Shown: positions 1 to 13,129, counted from the first letter of the stretch. The stretch: 39,327 bases of DNA from Perkinsus chesapeaki ATCC PRA-425 (GCA_013115145.1 JAAPAO010000326.1:1-39327), one strand, 5' to 3'. The notes: a model not told the origin generated them from the letters alone. Translations and numbers: made by a program.

Positions 1-520
1 TGCAAGACGAATTAATAGTAGTAGAGGGGGTGAAGTAGTAATAGTATGAAACACAAAATGTATTGAGCAATAGGAAAGGAAATAATAGAATAAGAAAGCA
101 AATAGCTGTAGAATGAGTGGTAGGTTACAGAGCGTAATTAAGATGCAGTGAAAGGGAATCGTATTTAATGTAGGAAACCGAGGAAAAGAAAGGAACCCGT
201 TAATGCAACTTGCATGACAGGTGCAGGATAACTGCAAGACAAATTTGAAATGATGAAAAACGCAGAATGGGAATAGTTGAAAACAATCATTGTATAACGA
301 AGAATAAAGCAATGTAACAGAAGACCAAAATCCAGGGCTTTCGAATGAATGGTACATTACCTAACCTGAAGAAGGCAGGATGGAAGATATCCTATGTAGA
401 AGTTGAAGGATGTAACGTTTTTACCCATTTTCCGGCGCGAACGATTTGGTACTTACTCACATTATGATATGATTTCCATCTGCCTTAATCCCTCATAACA
501 TCCATATGGGACAATATTGA
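1..520 (-). CDS. possible 5' part of a spliced gene with hydrophobic (Phe/Leu/Ile-rich) coding potential, running off the window; unassigned
   Basis: The minus strand has a GTGAGT...TAG intron-like segment (~461-393) followed by a short exon and pyrimidine-rich open frames. No family motif recognised. Confidence 0.2.
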
Positions 521-721
521 GTAACAATAAAGATAACACCATCTTCGGGTTATCGGAAAATTATTTGTAAAATGACCTCGCTTTAGTGGAATAATAATCC
601 TTCCTCTTGCCTCTATTTACTTTGAAACCTAGCAAGGCCAACAGGTACTCTAACACTTGGATAAGGCTTTGCCGCTCTGTTATGGTCTTATCGATAATGT
701 TTATTAGTACCTTACTTTCCA

Positions 722-3700
722 ATGGTAGGCGGCAATAATAAATCAAAAGGGAAGCCTAAGGGAACTGGGCCAATAAAGCCAACATTCAAAGCTGCTAAGA
801 TGAATGCTAAAGGCGGCAAGGGAAGATGGAGTAATAACGCCTTTACTTTCTGATAGAAATTTAGGGAAATATCCTTCCTGTGTGGCGGACATAATGGAAT
901 GATAACACTGTTAAGGCGCAAAATGACTTAGTAATTTATAAGTGGTCCTGATCGGATATATAAAATAAGATATTATAGGGTTTATTGAATGTAAGATATA
1001 TAAGTCTGATTTTATAGACCCAATCACATATCTCATTGAGTCTTCATTCTTGTGAGGGTCATCCCTCCCACTTGAAAAAAAATCCTTCATTTTATCCCTT
1101 ATTAACAATTTGTGTATTCAATTTTTGTTGTGGTTTCGGGTGACTGATCGATTTATCCGAGCTGAAATGCGTCGCTTGGTCGTTGTTGCGGTTAGAGGAT
1201 TGTTCCTTGTAGACAATTTGCGGCGTTGATCGCTTTATTGGTAGGTAATCCAGCGATGAGAGCTGCCAAACGGAGACAGCAGAAGCAACAACTGGCCAAC
1301 TTACCACCTGAGGAGGCTAAGGAAAGAAAGAAAATGGAAAAGGCTGCTGCTAACCATCATCAACCGAGTAGTAGTTGGTGGGTGGGGCGCAGAGAAGGGG
1401 GTAACAATGAAACAAAGAAGTATATTATAAATGGAGCTACGTTATACTATAGAACAGATTGAGTTTCATTAAGTGTACTCCAAACCTGTGCCCGAGTGCG
1501 AATGGATAATATAAATACGTTATCCAGAATCTATCATCCAGCGGTGACTTGCGCTCCGAGGTGGTTTCATAAGGACAGTGTTGCCTGCTGGGATAAAGAG
1601 CCTCGTAAACAGCCAAGTTGGATTATTGATACAGTTGGTATTGAGGAGTCATCATAAGGTGTTGATCATTATACTCACCGGATTTATATTAGCCCACTAC
1701 TTTACTGTGTACTTTGTCATGTGCGATGTCAATCTATGTCGACAACTTCACAGGGAAGCGCGGCTCCTACTAAATTCTTTATAGTGCGGAGCTGCAAGAT
1801 ATCGTAGTGGTATCTTAGATCTTCATAGTGCGGTTGTCGGGTGCCGGGATCGAACTCGGGTCTTCTCTCTCTTCAGAACCAAAGCAAGAAGACATCAGGA
1901 TTGAAACTCACACTGAGACCGTCGAGCCCGCCGATATCAAATCATTAGCTGGTAGCCAGGATGAATTTTGTGGCGCGTGACATTTCTTTGGGCAGGTTGC
2001 AAGTGGTTTAATATAGCGGTTCCTAAGCGAGCTCAGCGCACTGCGAAGGAATCTTCGATCGATTTGGATGCGCTCCATCTCGAGGCTGAGGAGCTCTACA
2101 ACTCGACGGTGGCCCGGTTTGAATCTTTGATGAAAAAAGATTCCGAGCAAGCTTGGTTGCGAAAGACTGTGAAGGTCGGAACTCTCTCCGATAAAGTGAC
2201 GGCCCTCGTGACCATGTCCCAATTCTGTCCGGCATTGGCGTTGCCACAGTTGAAGGCATTGATTGGAATGTGTGGGAAGAAGGCAGCAAGGGAAGCTCAA
2301 TTGGGTATTGATGCTGTTAAGGAGTTGATGGTGACGGAGTTCCTGCTGAAGGATAGGAAGCTTAAGAGCTGGTAAAACGGGGGACATCCGAGGGAATTGG
2401 AGTGAAAGATAGGGAGTGTATTATTGTGATTATGCTGGTAATTTTGGTCATTCCTCATTCCGCATTATTATACAATTGTTAATGGTATCCTGATCTATGT
2501 TGTTGCTGTGGAGACACCTTTAAAATTGTCAAGTAATACGTTGCAATTTCTCAGTATCACTTATAACATGGTTAGTTTATCTATCAATCATCAAACTTTA
2601 CGCATTTCATCTTCATCCGCATGAGGCCTCTCCGACCTTGGTATCTTAGGTTGGAGCATGTAAGATACACAAAAAGTCAACTCAGGTCCCAGCAACGCAG
2701 TGACTTATCGAATCTCCCCACGAAGCCCCATGATCGCCGTCTAGCATTGGTTCGAGCGTATTTCGAATCCGAGCTGCAAATTCTCGTGGCGGCTTTCGTC
2801 CAAATTTTGCATCGCGAAATCGTTCTCGGCGGAACTGTCGATGGATCACAGCAACATTTGAGAAAGAAGTGCTTGTCGGTTGCTTATGAGGTAAGAGAAT
2901 CTTTAGTCGTGAAATGCGCGCTTCAAGCTAGGATATTTTCAGTTACTGCATGCCCGTCGGGAGCAAGAACCAGCTTTACGTGCGATGCTCGTATCCGGAC
3001 TCACTACGAAGGATTCCAACGAAGCTGAAAGGTAACCTTGAAAATATCTTTGCAGTCTTAACGTTTTCCGAGTAGTCGGTGCCCCTTTATTCTTCATAGT
3101 GTACTGATAAGAAAAATATTTTTCCAGAAAATATTCCAAAATTTCCCAAAACTTTCGCCCTGTCAGATTGCTCCACAAATTGTTAAGAGAGCAGCCCCGT
3201 TTGAAAACTGATGTCGCGAAGGAGGTTATCGACCAGCTGATAGAGAAAGGTGAGAGCGTTATATCCTAGCGGAGCGAAGCGATTTGTGTTTTACATTTTA
3301 GGATCAGCAGAGTTGCAGGACCGTCGGGCTATGAATAACCTTTACCGGGGATGCGCATTCTTGTGCTCGATGAGACTTACACATACAGAAGATGGTATCC
3401 GCGCGTATCTTAGGTTGAAGCTTGCATGATAAATGTTAACTCAGGTGATGTCGCTGTCCTGATTGCCGAGACTTTCGCTAAGCTTCTGGAAAGGATGTTG
3501 TCGGACGATATGCAGGGCCCGAGCAAGGCTGTAGGTTAAAATGCCTTCGCTCGGAATCGAACCGACGACCGTTCACTTCAGGTACGACCAGCTCACCGAG
3601 GCAGCCGAATTCACAAGCGAAAGAAGAAAGGAGGAGATGGGCCAAATCAGGAGGATGTGCAACAGCGTCTCAGGATCGTCCGATTGTGTCTTAGTGGAAT

Positions 3701-6700
3701 GCACAAGGTGAGGTCATAATCGATCACGCGATCGATTTTGTACATATGATTTTTATTTATGAAAATGTATGTATCATTGACATATCTATAATGCGCTGTT
3801 TCATAAGCGCCTTGGTTCTCGCTCACGAGCGAGAACAAGTGAGCCTTGATTCGAGCAATTGGCAGCTATATCTTGATACTCTCAAAAGGAGTATTGAAAC
3901 ACATCTTAGTCAGTTCGTTGTTAAGATTTCTGTGTCGATCCTTTTTTCATATTTCCTCGCAATTTCTTCCCCCCCCCCCCACCAAAATTCGCACTTCCCT
4001 GCTGAAGGCTTTAAACGTGTATGTTCTCCGCGTATCCGCGGTTGAAAATAATTATATGTTTTAAATCCCAAACAAAAGACATTTCCTTTTTCTTCCCGAA
4101 AAATACAGCGCAAATTTCCTTCTGTGCTGCTGATGAGTTTTTCCAAATTTCCTAAGTTATTAATTCTCCTGCGGACTGTCGATATTAACAGTGTCAATTT
4201 TCAGGCCTTCACTGTAGCCAACGACTCTTTGGTCGAGGCGCGGTTGTCGGATGAAGCAATGAACGCAATACTAAGATTGTCTTATAGTAGAGGAACCGAT
4301 GTGCCTCCAGCTGCGAGTAATGCCGCTGTTATGTTGCTTATTGAGGTGAGGAGAATCTTTATCGATCATGTGATCGATTTGGTTTAGATTGCGAGAGCAC
4401 AGTCTAAGAATGGTGGATTTTCGACGGATGAGGAAAATGAAATGGAAGGAAGGTGGGAATTTACATTATCTTGTTCATCTTTTGAAGAGACAGACTTTTT
4501 CACGCCAGCCTTGCAGGTCGTTAAATCGTATTTATTTAGGGAAAATTCGATGAGAGTACGACGACGAGATGGTGGTGCTGTGTTCATTTCATAGTGCGAT
4601 CAACACATATTTTTTGTGAAAGTTCAATATTGAAGTACTTAACGAATTTGTCCATAGGTTTAAAATATAAATTCATTATTTACTCGCTACATAAGATTTG
4701 CCCACCGTGTAGATGATGAATGCCTACTGAAGTACGGCAAAAGGTGAAACGCTCCACCATTGAGGGCTCAGAGATTCTGGAAATGTATTCACTGGCGGTG
4801 GAAACGAAGAGATAAATTTCGAAACGAAATTTGATAAATCTAGGAGATTTCTCTCGACTTTATGGGCATCCCAAACTCGACGCTTGAATGTTGGGCAGGT
4901 AGCAAAAGTATCTGATCTTGTCGCATGCCGCATGAGACTATTTTCCTCTGCGTACGATCAATTGTGCAATTTGTCCCCTTTTAGGTGTTGGCGTGCGATA
5001 TACCATCACGTCCATTCTCTTGAGTCCCAATCAGCATCGAACTATATCCCATTATTGCAGATGGTTTGGGATCTGATGGAGGCCAAGTCGACCAAGCCAA
5101 TCCTCGCTGCTGCTACCTCTCGAAGACTTTTGCAATTAGGTGGGTTTACGTATCAAATCTGCCCCATGGCGGAGGAGTCCAAGGTTATCAACGATACGCT
5201 ACATTTGTCGAACAGGGAGATATCGACTCTGAAAATAATGCATTCTTTCCATGTATCCTTCCACCACGAACTAGCCGCTCGTCTCCTCGCAGCCTCGTGG
5301 AGTTTAATAAGTATATCGCATTTAAGCGCTTCGCCCCCTCCTCCTCCTCGGGATTGACCACCAACCTGTGCGTTATTTTCAGCATCAATGACAGTAGAGC
5401 CTGGCATGTCTGCCGTCGCCGAACACGCATTGGATTTGGCCGCTGAGCGATCAAACGAACTTCAGAAACTTATAGATTGGGACGTTGAGGATGAAGAGGA
5501 AGGCGGCGAAAAGAAGGTTTATGATCCTTTGGAGAGAGACCCTAGGTGAGAAGATAACTGCTGAAACGTCTCAATTTCGTGGCGCGTGAAGTATACGGAG
5601 TAGCACTGCGATGATGACACAAGCCTTATTATGATTGCTGGCATCCTTCTTCCCATCTCAAGTGAAGTTTAGAACTCCTGCTTTCATCTCAGTCACAGTG
5701 CGGCATTGAATGGTTCCAAGTGTTGCTGGGAGAGCCTGCCCATGGCGCATCACTTCTGCCCGGGGGTCGCCGATAAGTCTGGTATCTGCAAAACAGCTCG
5801 TGAAACTGTCGAATTTAACTCCTTCACGAAAGCCTTGGCCGGTTTGTGTATCAACGTGGAGGACCAAAACGAGGAAGAAGGACAAGTTGCACTGCCTTGT
5901 GTCTTGCGGTAGGCAATTTTGTGGCGCGTGACTTTTCGAGGTATATGGTGGAAATCGTTGTTCCATATTTGTTGAACTACTTGGTTAATTTAACCAAAGG
6001 TTCATTCGAATCGCAATAATGATTCAGCAGCGTGGTGATGCTGTAAATGCATTCCATATTTTGTGGCGCGTGACTTTCGCCATGTTTCGGAATCTAGTGG
6101 AGGTCTGTTCATTGATATGTCTTGAAGTCTGGAAAAAGAAATGACGGAGCGGAATTTCGGAACACCAAGCATCTAAAGAAGAAAGTGCAAGGATTATTAT
6201 GTATAAAATGTAGGTATTATAACGACCCTGTGGTGGTGGCGCTCCGAGAGGAACGTAAAAAGGCATCCGAAAGGAACAGGGAAGATTATGGTGCAATCGA
6301 TGAAAACGACGATGAGGAGGAAGAGTTCTTCGAGAGTGCTGCTAATGAAGAGCTTGGTGACGACTTGCAGGAAGGTGGGTACATAGTCTTAGCGGAGCGA
6401 AGCGGTTTTCGTTTGTCATTTTTGTGATTTAGGCGGGGAATCTGACGGGGAGGATGATGCATTGGCTGCTGCATTGGCGGAAGAGGGAAGTGATGACGAT
6501 TTGGGAGACTTTGATGAAGATGACGAGGGTGAGCTTCGGTGTCGAGCACGTCACGGTGATGGGGTTTATTTCGGGAATTCCGGACTGTTTTTTTCCGGCA
6601 ATTCTTCCGTCCTTGGAATAATGATTATATACCACTAATATATACTTAGTGGTAGCTCAACTTCATCGGGTATCCTCGTCAACTCTTGGGCGTATAAACT

Positions 6701-7130
6701 TCCTTGTCGCGCATCGATAGATGTTCCCACTTAGATGAAGAAGACGCTGCCGCATTCGCCGCCATGGACGGTATTGGTGAAGAGGAGGAAACGGAGGAGG
6801 AGGAAGAAGAAGAAGTAAGGTTGCGCAAATGATATTCTTCAACTTTTCATAAATAAGTTACAAACATTAAATTGACTTCCAGAATTGTGTGGTTCATATT
6901 TACAAAGATTAGGTTGTTTATAATTCATTCACTCAATCGATATTAAATATCTTCATAACTTTTAATAATCCTTCCCACCCTTTCTTCCCCTACAGGCTCG
7001 CCCGTCAAAGAATCCTCGAAAGCGTCTCCGTGAGCTCATGTCCGGCGGCGGCACCTTCGTTTCAGCTGATGAAGTGGCCGACCTTATCGCCGAGGATAAC
7101 AAGAAAAGTCGTAGCAGTCGCCACCATTAA
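722..7130 (+). CDS. NOC1: NOC1/MAK21/CEBPZ (CBF/Mak21 family) 60S ribosome biogenesis protein, multi-exon
   Basis: Spliced translation gives family-like blocks: KVGTLSDKVTALVTM...ELMVTEFLLKDRKLKSW (1996-2371), NLYRGCAFLCSMRL, AILRLS...NAAVMLLIEIA, KVYDPLERDP..CCWESLPMAHHFCPGVA (Mak21 has YDGRKRDP..SLWE..HFHP), an acidic tract (6260-6820) and C-terminal GTFVSADEVADLI..HH* (TAA 7128-7130). GT-AG introns include 1952-1995, 3250-3301, 4346-4387, 5909-5940 and 6375-6432. The Lys/Gly-rich first exon at ATG 722 is inferred; firm support starts at 1877. Confidence 0.87.
1964..1981 (+). repeat. dispersed intronic element family 1 (AATTTTGTGGCGCGTGAC), representative copy
   Basis: Identical 18-mer at 5915-5932, 17-mer at 6058-6074, and variants at 5573, 7137, 26510, 26730, 31105, 32454 and 34685. 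Confidence 0.85.
3267..3281 (+). repeat. dispersed intronic 15-mer TAGCGGAGCGAAGCG, representative copy
   Basis: Exact second copy at 6390-6404; both lie in short introns of the NOC1 gene. Confidence 0.8.
4361..4378. repeat. dispersed intronic palindrome ATCGATCA-NN-TGATCGAT, representative copy
   Basis: Related palindromes at 3718-3737 and 9006-9025, all shortly after GTGAG donors. Confidence 0.8.
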
Positions 7131-7944
7131 AGTAGCGTCACTGCGCCACGAAATAACGTTTACCAACTTCCAACGTAAAGATACGCTTCTATTCATTGGA
7201 ATCTTTGAGTTGAGCAAGTTGTTAATGTGAAAAGGGGTAACAGTCGTGGAGTATCTTTCCTCTGCCATCCTCGGTCGTGAATTGCTATATAATATCGACG
7301 AGCTTTATTCTTTAATGAGATAACACACCGATTTCTCTTATCGCTTGTAGGCATACAAATTGTCTATATCTCAGATGTCATAGTGAAATCTATTCGGCTT
7401 GACCACACAAGATTTGTGCTAGTGGTGACCACATCGGCATCCGATGTGGCCTAACTCTGGTGTGTTGGCGATACGTGAAATCTCGAAATCGAGTGGCGTA
7501 ACGTCTCGAAGCGTGAGCCTTCAGAAGCCACGCCAATTCCATGCCCAAAAGTTACACGTTGGCGTCTTGCCAGTCCAAGTAATTCACTGAGTTCATCACG
7601 GCGCAATTCGGCGCCATGGGAGGTCAAATACAAATAACTAGCAGCTTATCATTCTCTCAGTCGAATTGACCTATTAGCAAAATATTATAGAACTCTGAAT
7701 CAGTTCATTACTGGATCTTAGCTGATTGCTGATCATCAAGGCTAACGTTCGATTGGTTTTCTATCCTCCAGTACTCCTATGAAGTGAATTCGTCTGCTTG
7801 GGAAAGTACATTTTGTCCCCGATGAGTTAGCAACTCAGAGTTACGTTGGATATCCCTTCCTATCTGTGTATCTGTGCCACTCTCATCGTCCAGTCGCACT
7901 TCCGGATTGTTCTTGCTTTCAGTTTTTTCTCAGTGCTGTTGTTG

Positions 7945-10901
7945 ATGTCGACCGGCAGGGCTTCCTCTACTTTACGTCTTTTTCGTACCACTCATAACAA
8001 GTACGTTATCCCCTCGTCGCCGACTTGCACTATTCTTTGTTTAGTATATTCCGAAATTTAGCGTTTGAAGAGTATCTCCAGAAGCACTGCTTGGACTGGC
8101 CTACACTGTAAGTCTATTCGATTGCTGTTTTATCTTTACTACTATTATACACCTCATCATCATCATCATCCTTATATTACCTTTACGTGATGATTTAGGT
8201 TTTTGTGGCGAAACACGCCGACAGTGACGATTGGCCGTCATCAGAACCCCTGGGTGGAATGCCAGCTTAATACAATGCAGGAAGAGGGGGTCAACTTGGC
8301 CAGAAGGTGACCTCGAAAGTATCTTATTCCAAAATCTTCCCTGTGCGCAAGATACTCCGGCGGTGGTGCTGTCTTCCAGGACATGGGTTGCACGACGTTC
8401 ACATTCCTCAATCGAGATGATGGCTCCTTGAAAGGCTCTGAAATTATCGATCGCAATTTCGGCATTCTTACCGCAGCTCTCACGGATGGTCTCGAGGTGA
8501 GATGCACGCTTCAAGCTCGGATATCTTCCTATCTACTGGAATATCTTCATCAGAAGTTTCGATAGAATATGTGTGTTTAAAACTGTCCCTAGTCTGCTGC
8601 CGCTCCTTCAATTGACGCTCCTCTGAAGCTCCCTGCTGTTATGGCTCCACAGGATGAGGACCTACTAAAGGCTTCGGGGAAGTTGAAGCCTGAGCCTTCC
8701 CGTATCTCTCAAAATTATATGGTCTTATTTGGCAGCAGGAGGGTATATAACTAAATATATGACTAACTACTTTCCTCTGTTGCTTGTACTAAGCGATGAG
8801 CTAGTCTTTTCTCAAGTCTCTGAAGTGTTCTTGAACCTTGACAGGTTCCAGCAATCAGGAAGGGCCGCAATGACATAGTTCTATCATCCGATGGCCGAAA
8901 GATTTCAGGCAATGCATTTAAGCAGTTACCAGGAACCTACGTGCTCCACCATGGCACCATACTCGTTAATAGCGACATGACAGCTTTAGGAAGGTGAGAA
9001 TGCATAATCGATCAGGTGATCGATTCCAGGCTTCTTGGGGTCACCGATTACCATTCGGGGGAATCTAGGAAAATATCAGACTACTTCGTGTAGCGTGGAA
9101 AGTCGATATATTTTTCCAGCGGACATATAATATACATTATTATTGCTGTCGACTCTAAGATGAGGCCAGTTGCCGCCGTCGACCAACCAAGTTTGAATAC
9201 TCCACCTTCATTCATGAGCATTAAAGTGAAGCTTAGGGTTGTTGTTGCCGATACCCACGCTGAACCATTGTGATTATTTGATATAAGGATAAAAATTGTG
9301 ATTGTGATAAAAAGTGATAATCTCATTCAGATATCTCACGCCATCGAAGCTTAAGTTAGAGTCGAAGGGTGTTGCGAGCGTGCATGCCAGAGTGGCTAAC
9401 TTGGTCGATTTGGACTCCCATCTCACTCATGGTGAGATATCTATCCTGCCGAAGATGCTGGGATTCCTTCATCGTTTTCACCTGTCATTTTGCACTATAT
9501 AGTTTCAAGTGTCGATGACTTTTCCGGCCCACCCGGTAACTGCGGCTATGGCTACTTCCGTTTACGACTACCAAGTTGAGAGGCGCAAAAATCGACCTGA
9601 ATTTCGCGATTTTTTCGGAATTTTTCCTAAAATGTGTAATTGCGTTCTGCATGCGTTCCGCCAGTGAATGTCATGAGCTTTCCAGAAATCTAGAAAGTCA
9701 CACTCCAGCAGCTCGAAGTGGTATTTAGTGACTCTAGTCTGCCTGCATAGTTCATGATTGAATTCACCTGTGGTATCTTACCGACCACCTTGTACTCAAC
9801 ACAACCTTTGGAAATTGATACGCTACAGAAAATAAGTTTAACGCAAATGATTACCGCGGTTAGAGGCGAGCACGGTCCAGGGCTGTTGTATTCAGAATCG
9901 GTGTGCTACGCGTTAGAGACGGCCTTCACGAAAGCGTATTCATCCATCGAAGAGGTACCTCCCTCTTGCTGTCCATCGGGAAGTCTTTGATAAGGTTGAA
10001 AGACGGACGCTCAGTGGTGACCCGGCCATAGACGGAGATGTTGAAAGTGATGCAGTTTATAAAGAGCATTATGAGAAGCTGAAGGTGAAGTGTATTATAA
10101 CATAACCGAAGTAAATGATGATGATGATGATGTTAGGACTGGTCGTGGCGGTTTGGGACGACTCCGGAATTTTCACACAATATCATAGGTAGAGTTGAGG
10201 GTGTCGCTAATTTCGATGTAAGTCGGAGGAATATCGCAACATCGCACCGGTGATGCATTTTATGGTCCTTCTTGTAACGTTGCATTATATCTCCTCCGTA
10301 TCATCACAAGTAACATGTCTCCACGATGCCGAGGCTGGATGCTCTCCTCATACTGGACCTATTGTGTGCATCTTTGAAACCATTACCAATTCCATATCCT
10401 CTTAGCCTTGCCGCCCCTGCCGCCACCGCTGTTGTTGTTAGGTTCATTTGGATGTTATAAAAGGTGAGATAGCAGACTGTAGAGTGTTCACCGATGCCCT
10501 CTATCCAAGTGTTGTGGGCTTATTAGAGCAAGCTCTAAAAGGAACACCGTAAGGCTTATAACATATACCAACTCCACGCTTCCGACTTCATCTCGGCCTA
10601 TGCGACGACTGGTATGATCTTTACGCTGTAATTACCATTTATTATGCATCCGCCTCCTCCTCATCATAGCATTCATATATGACTCCTATTCTGGGTCTAA
10701 ATCACCTTGAACTACACACAACACACTCATATACGTATGTGTTGCTCTTCACACACCATTTTCAGTTACGTAAGCGAGTCCCTCCGAAGGTCCATTGAAG
10801 GTCAGCGTCCCGCAGCTAAGGACCTGGCCGGTGTAGGTGGTGAAGTATTGGTGCAGTCTTTCGCAGAATGGTTAACATCCGAGATGAACAAGACACTTTA
10901 A
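7945..10901 (+). CDS. lplA: lipoate-protein ligase A (LplA type, with C-terminal domain), multi-exon
   Basis: Spliced translation: [167 protein letters not shown]. All canonical LplA motifs occur in order. Confidence 0.93.
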
Positions 10902-11125
10902 CATATCTCAAGTTTCCGAATGGCGGAATGTGTGTCGAGCTGTTAATATATCAAGTACTGCGGCGAGCGAAACCTGTTAGAGCGATCAATGGTGCTGCCG
11001 AAATATTGCTACATTCACAGCGGTAATAGTAATAATATCCTGTAATGGTCATATTGATATTGACTGGGATGGTAGTAATACCAGCAGTAGCTTAGCATTG
11101 ATAGTTCATTACCTGCTTGTATGTC

Positions 11126-12620
11126 ATGACAACACCGTCACTTAAGATAACGCCGAAGACCTCATCGCTCAGGAGCAGCTCCGCAGGTGCTTTATAGCAA
11201 TTAAGTTGTTCACAGCCTAGAATACTGCTTCAGGCTTCTCAGCCTCGAAACGGACAGATGGTTCGCCGAAAAGTGATAAAGTTAAAAATAGCAAGGTGGT
11301 AGGTCGTCGAGCTTTATAGTATCTCGCATTCGGCTGAGCTGCTGGCTAGCAGCATTCATCTAGAGGAATCATGTAGCAAAATGCGACCAAACTTGACAAA
11401 CCTGGTGTCATATGGCAGGAGATTCTTTAAGCTAGCTGACAATTCGACCGTTTGATGAACTTTCTCGGAAGTTGCTGTCTAGTTTTTCACTGGGAACATG
11501 TACCCCTCTAAAGGAACTCTCACCGTTATCGCCACTCAGCACTGCCGCGCTAGCACAAGCATCAATTACTAATAAGAATGCAAGGCTTCTCTGTGTTCCA
11601 GTCTCGCATCATCCTCAGACAACTGCCTCCGATATCCGGTATCTGAAGAACGCCCTCGCAGCGCGAGACTTGGAGCTATGCGATCAGACTCGGTTATCAG
11701 CTCCAGATCGCCACGCTAATACAGTGTGTTGCAGATACGCTGGCATGTCCCCGGCTGTAGCAAGTGAGGCCATCGCAGCGATTATAATGAAAACAAGAGG
11801 AGTTAAGGAACGACTTGGACTAACAATGTTTGAAGTATTCCTTCTCGCGGAGTAAGCCAGAGAGTTAGTTTTGTCAGGTTAAGAATTTGCAGTTAGCAGT
11901 TAGCTCATCTCGCAAAACGAGTGCAGAGGATGAGGTGGGCATCGAAGCCAATGCTTCTTGGTCACTCCTGCCTCCTCAGGTTGATGGAAATCGGTTGAGG
12001 ATATTACAGGATGAAATCAACACTCTTCGAACTGAGGTGTGTTCCAGGCTTACATGTTGCCGCGCTCTTCATTTGATTCTACTCTTGTTGAAATAGCTGT
12101 CGCAGTGAATACGGAATTATAACTCGAGTACGGCCTTAACAACGCGCAGCAATGAAAAGCATGTAATCATAAACTCGCCTTCCACTGGAGGGGCTCACTT
12201 GAAGTAATCAATGACTTAACCCGAAAACTGGAAGACTACGCTTGTCTGAGGCACATAAGAGCTCTTCAAGTTTGACGTCTGTCGACCGGATATAATATAT
12301 CTAACTGATAGACCATCAGTGAGTAGTGAACCTCTCACTTTCGCGAAACCGCACGATCGACGTGACAGTACTTAACCATACTTGCGCCCAACTCTAATCG
12401 AATGAAAAGATGCTTGAGAAACGATCACGACTTTAGCTTTTTCATTTACCTGCTCTTTGGAGGTGGAAATTTGACGATTATGAAGTGCAATTGGGTTTGT
12501 ACGCCGCAGAATCATTAGCGTGTTAACATACGCAGTTTCTCAGAACAGCCAGCTCGAAGAGGAGCTTCGGCTCATAGCTGCCCGGCATGCTGACCCGTCA
12601 CCATTATCCTAGCTACAACT
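11126..12620 (+). CDS. hypothetical multi-exon protein with Ser-rich N-terminus and coiled-coil-like segments; boundaries uncertain
   Basis: GT-AG-bounded exon candidates translate to MTTPSLKITPKTSSLRSSSA, ASDIRYLKNALAARDLEL, NRLRILQDEINTLRTE and SQLEEELRLIAAR. No family motif. Confidence 0.35.
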
Positions 12621-12709
12621 AATCGTATTATGTTTGTAACTTTCCAACACATTCAACTTGATTTGAGTAACACCGAGTAACTAACACCGACACCGAGGAA
12701 ATCACGGAA

Positions 12710-12962
12710 ATGAAAGGCAAAGGCTTGAAGAGGTCGAAGCTAATCAAACCACTTGCGAATCTTCGGCTGCGGCGTTGGGTTCCAACTAACAACGACTCTC
12801 GATTGAAAATGGCATCGTCGATAAGCAATGCCCCGGACAGGACTGTATATGGATTGGGACGTATTATCGGATCACCAGTCAGAACTCTTGATTACCACTT
12901 ACTACTCGACGGTTTCGTATCCTGCTTGGATGAGATGCTACTGGGGATGGGTCCTTTCAGAG
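12710..12962 (+). CDS. possible first exon of a small basic hypothetical protein
   Basis: ATG-initiated open frame (MKGKGLKRSKLIKPLANLRLRRW...) reaching a strong GTAAGT donor near 12962; downstream exons not resolved. Confidence 0.22.
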
Positions 12963-13129
12963 GTAAGTCAATTCCACGGGGAGTGCAATCGTGCTCGTGA
13001 AGCCCCTTTCGAGGGTACTTCAAGATGATTCGCAACGTACACACAAGTTGTGGTTTGCAACCGTGCAAGGCTTGTTCGTTCAATGACAGTGAAGATAAAA
13101 CAACAACAGTAGACTATAAAGGTCACCTA

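Noticed and set aside
1-420. Mitochondrial insertion (NUMT)
   Set aside because: AT-rich with hydrophobic frames, but no cox1, cox3 or cob motif is recognisable and spliceosomal-type signals are adjacent.
4700-5690. C/D-box snoRNAs in NOC1 introns
   Set aside because: ATGATGA boxes occur (near 4716 and 5612) but without a suitably spaced CTGA D box and terminal stem.
8101-8514. 137-aa minus-strand ORF, plus similar track ORFs (1908-2387, 5066-5454, 17815-18303, 27435-27770, 29310-29507)
   Set aside because: These are antisense or alternative-frame shadows of better-supported genes.
9081-9326. SPRY-like GVFKLGWST reading on the minus strand
   Set aside because: A single short motif inside a LplA intron; no further SPRY elements in adjacent frames.
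13010-13070. Papain-like GYFKMIRN..CG C-terminal motif
   Set aside because: No QxxCGSCW, catalytic His or NSWG motifs nearby.
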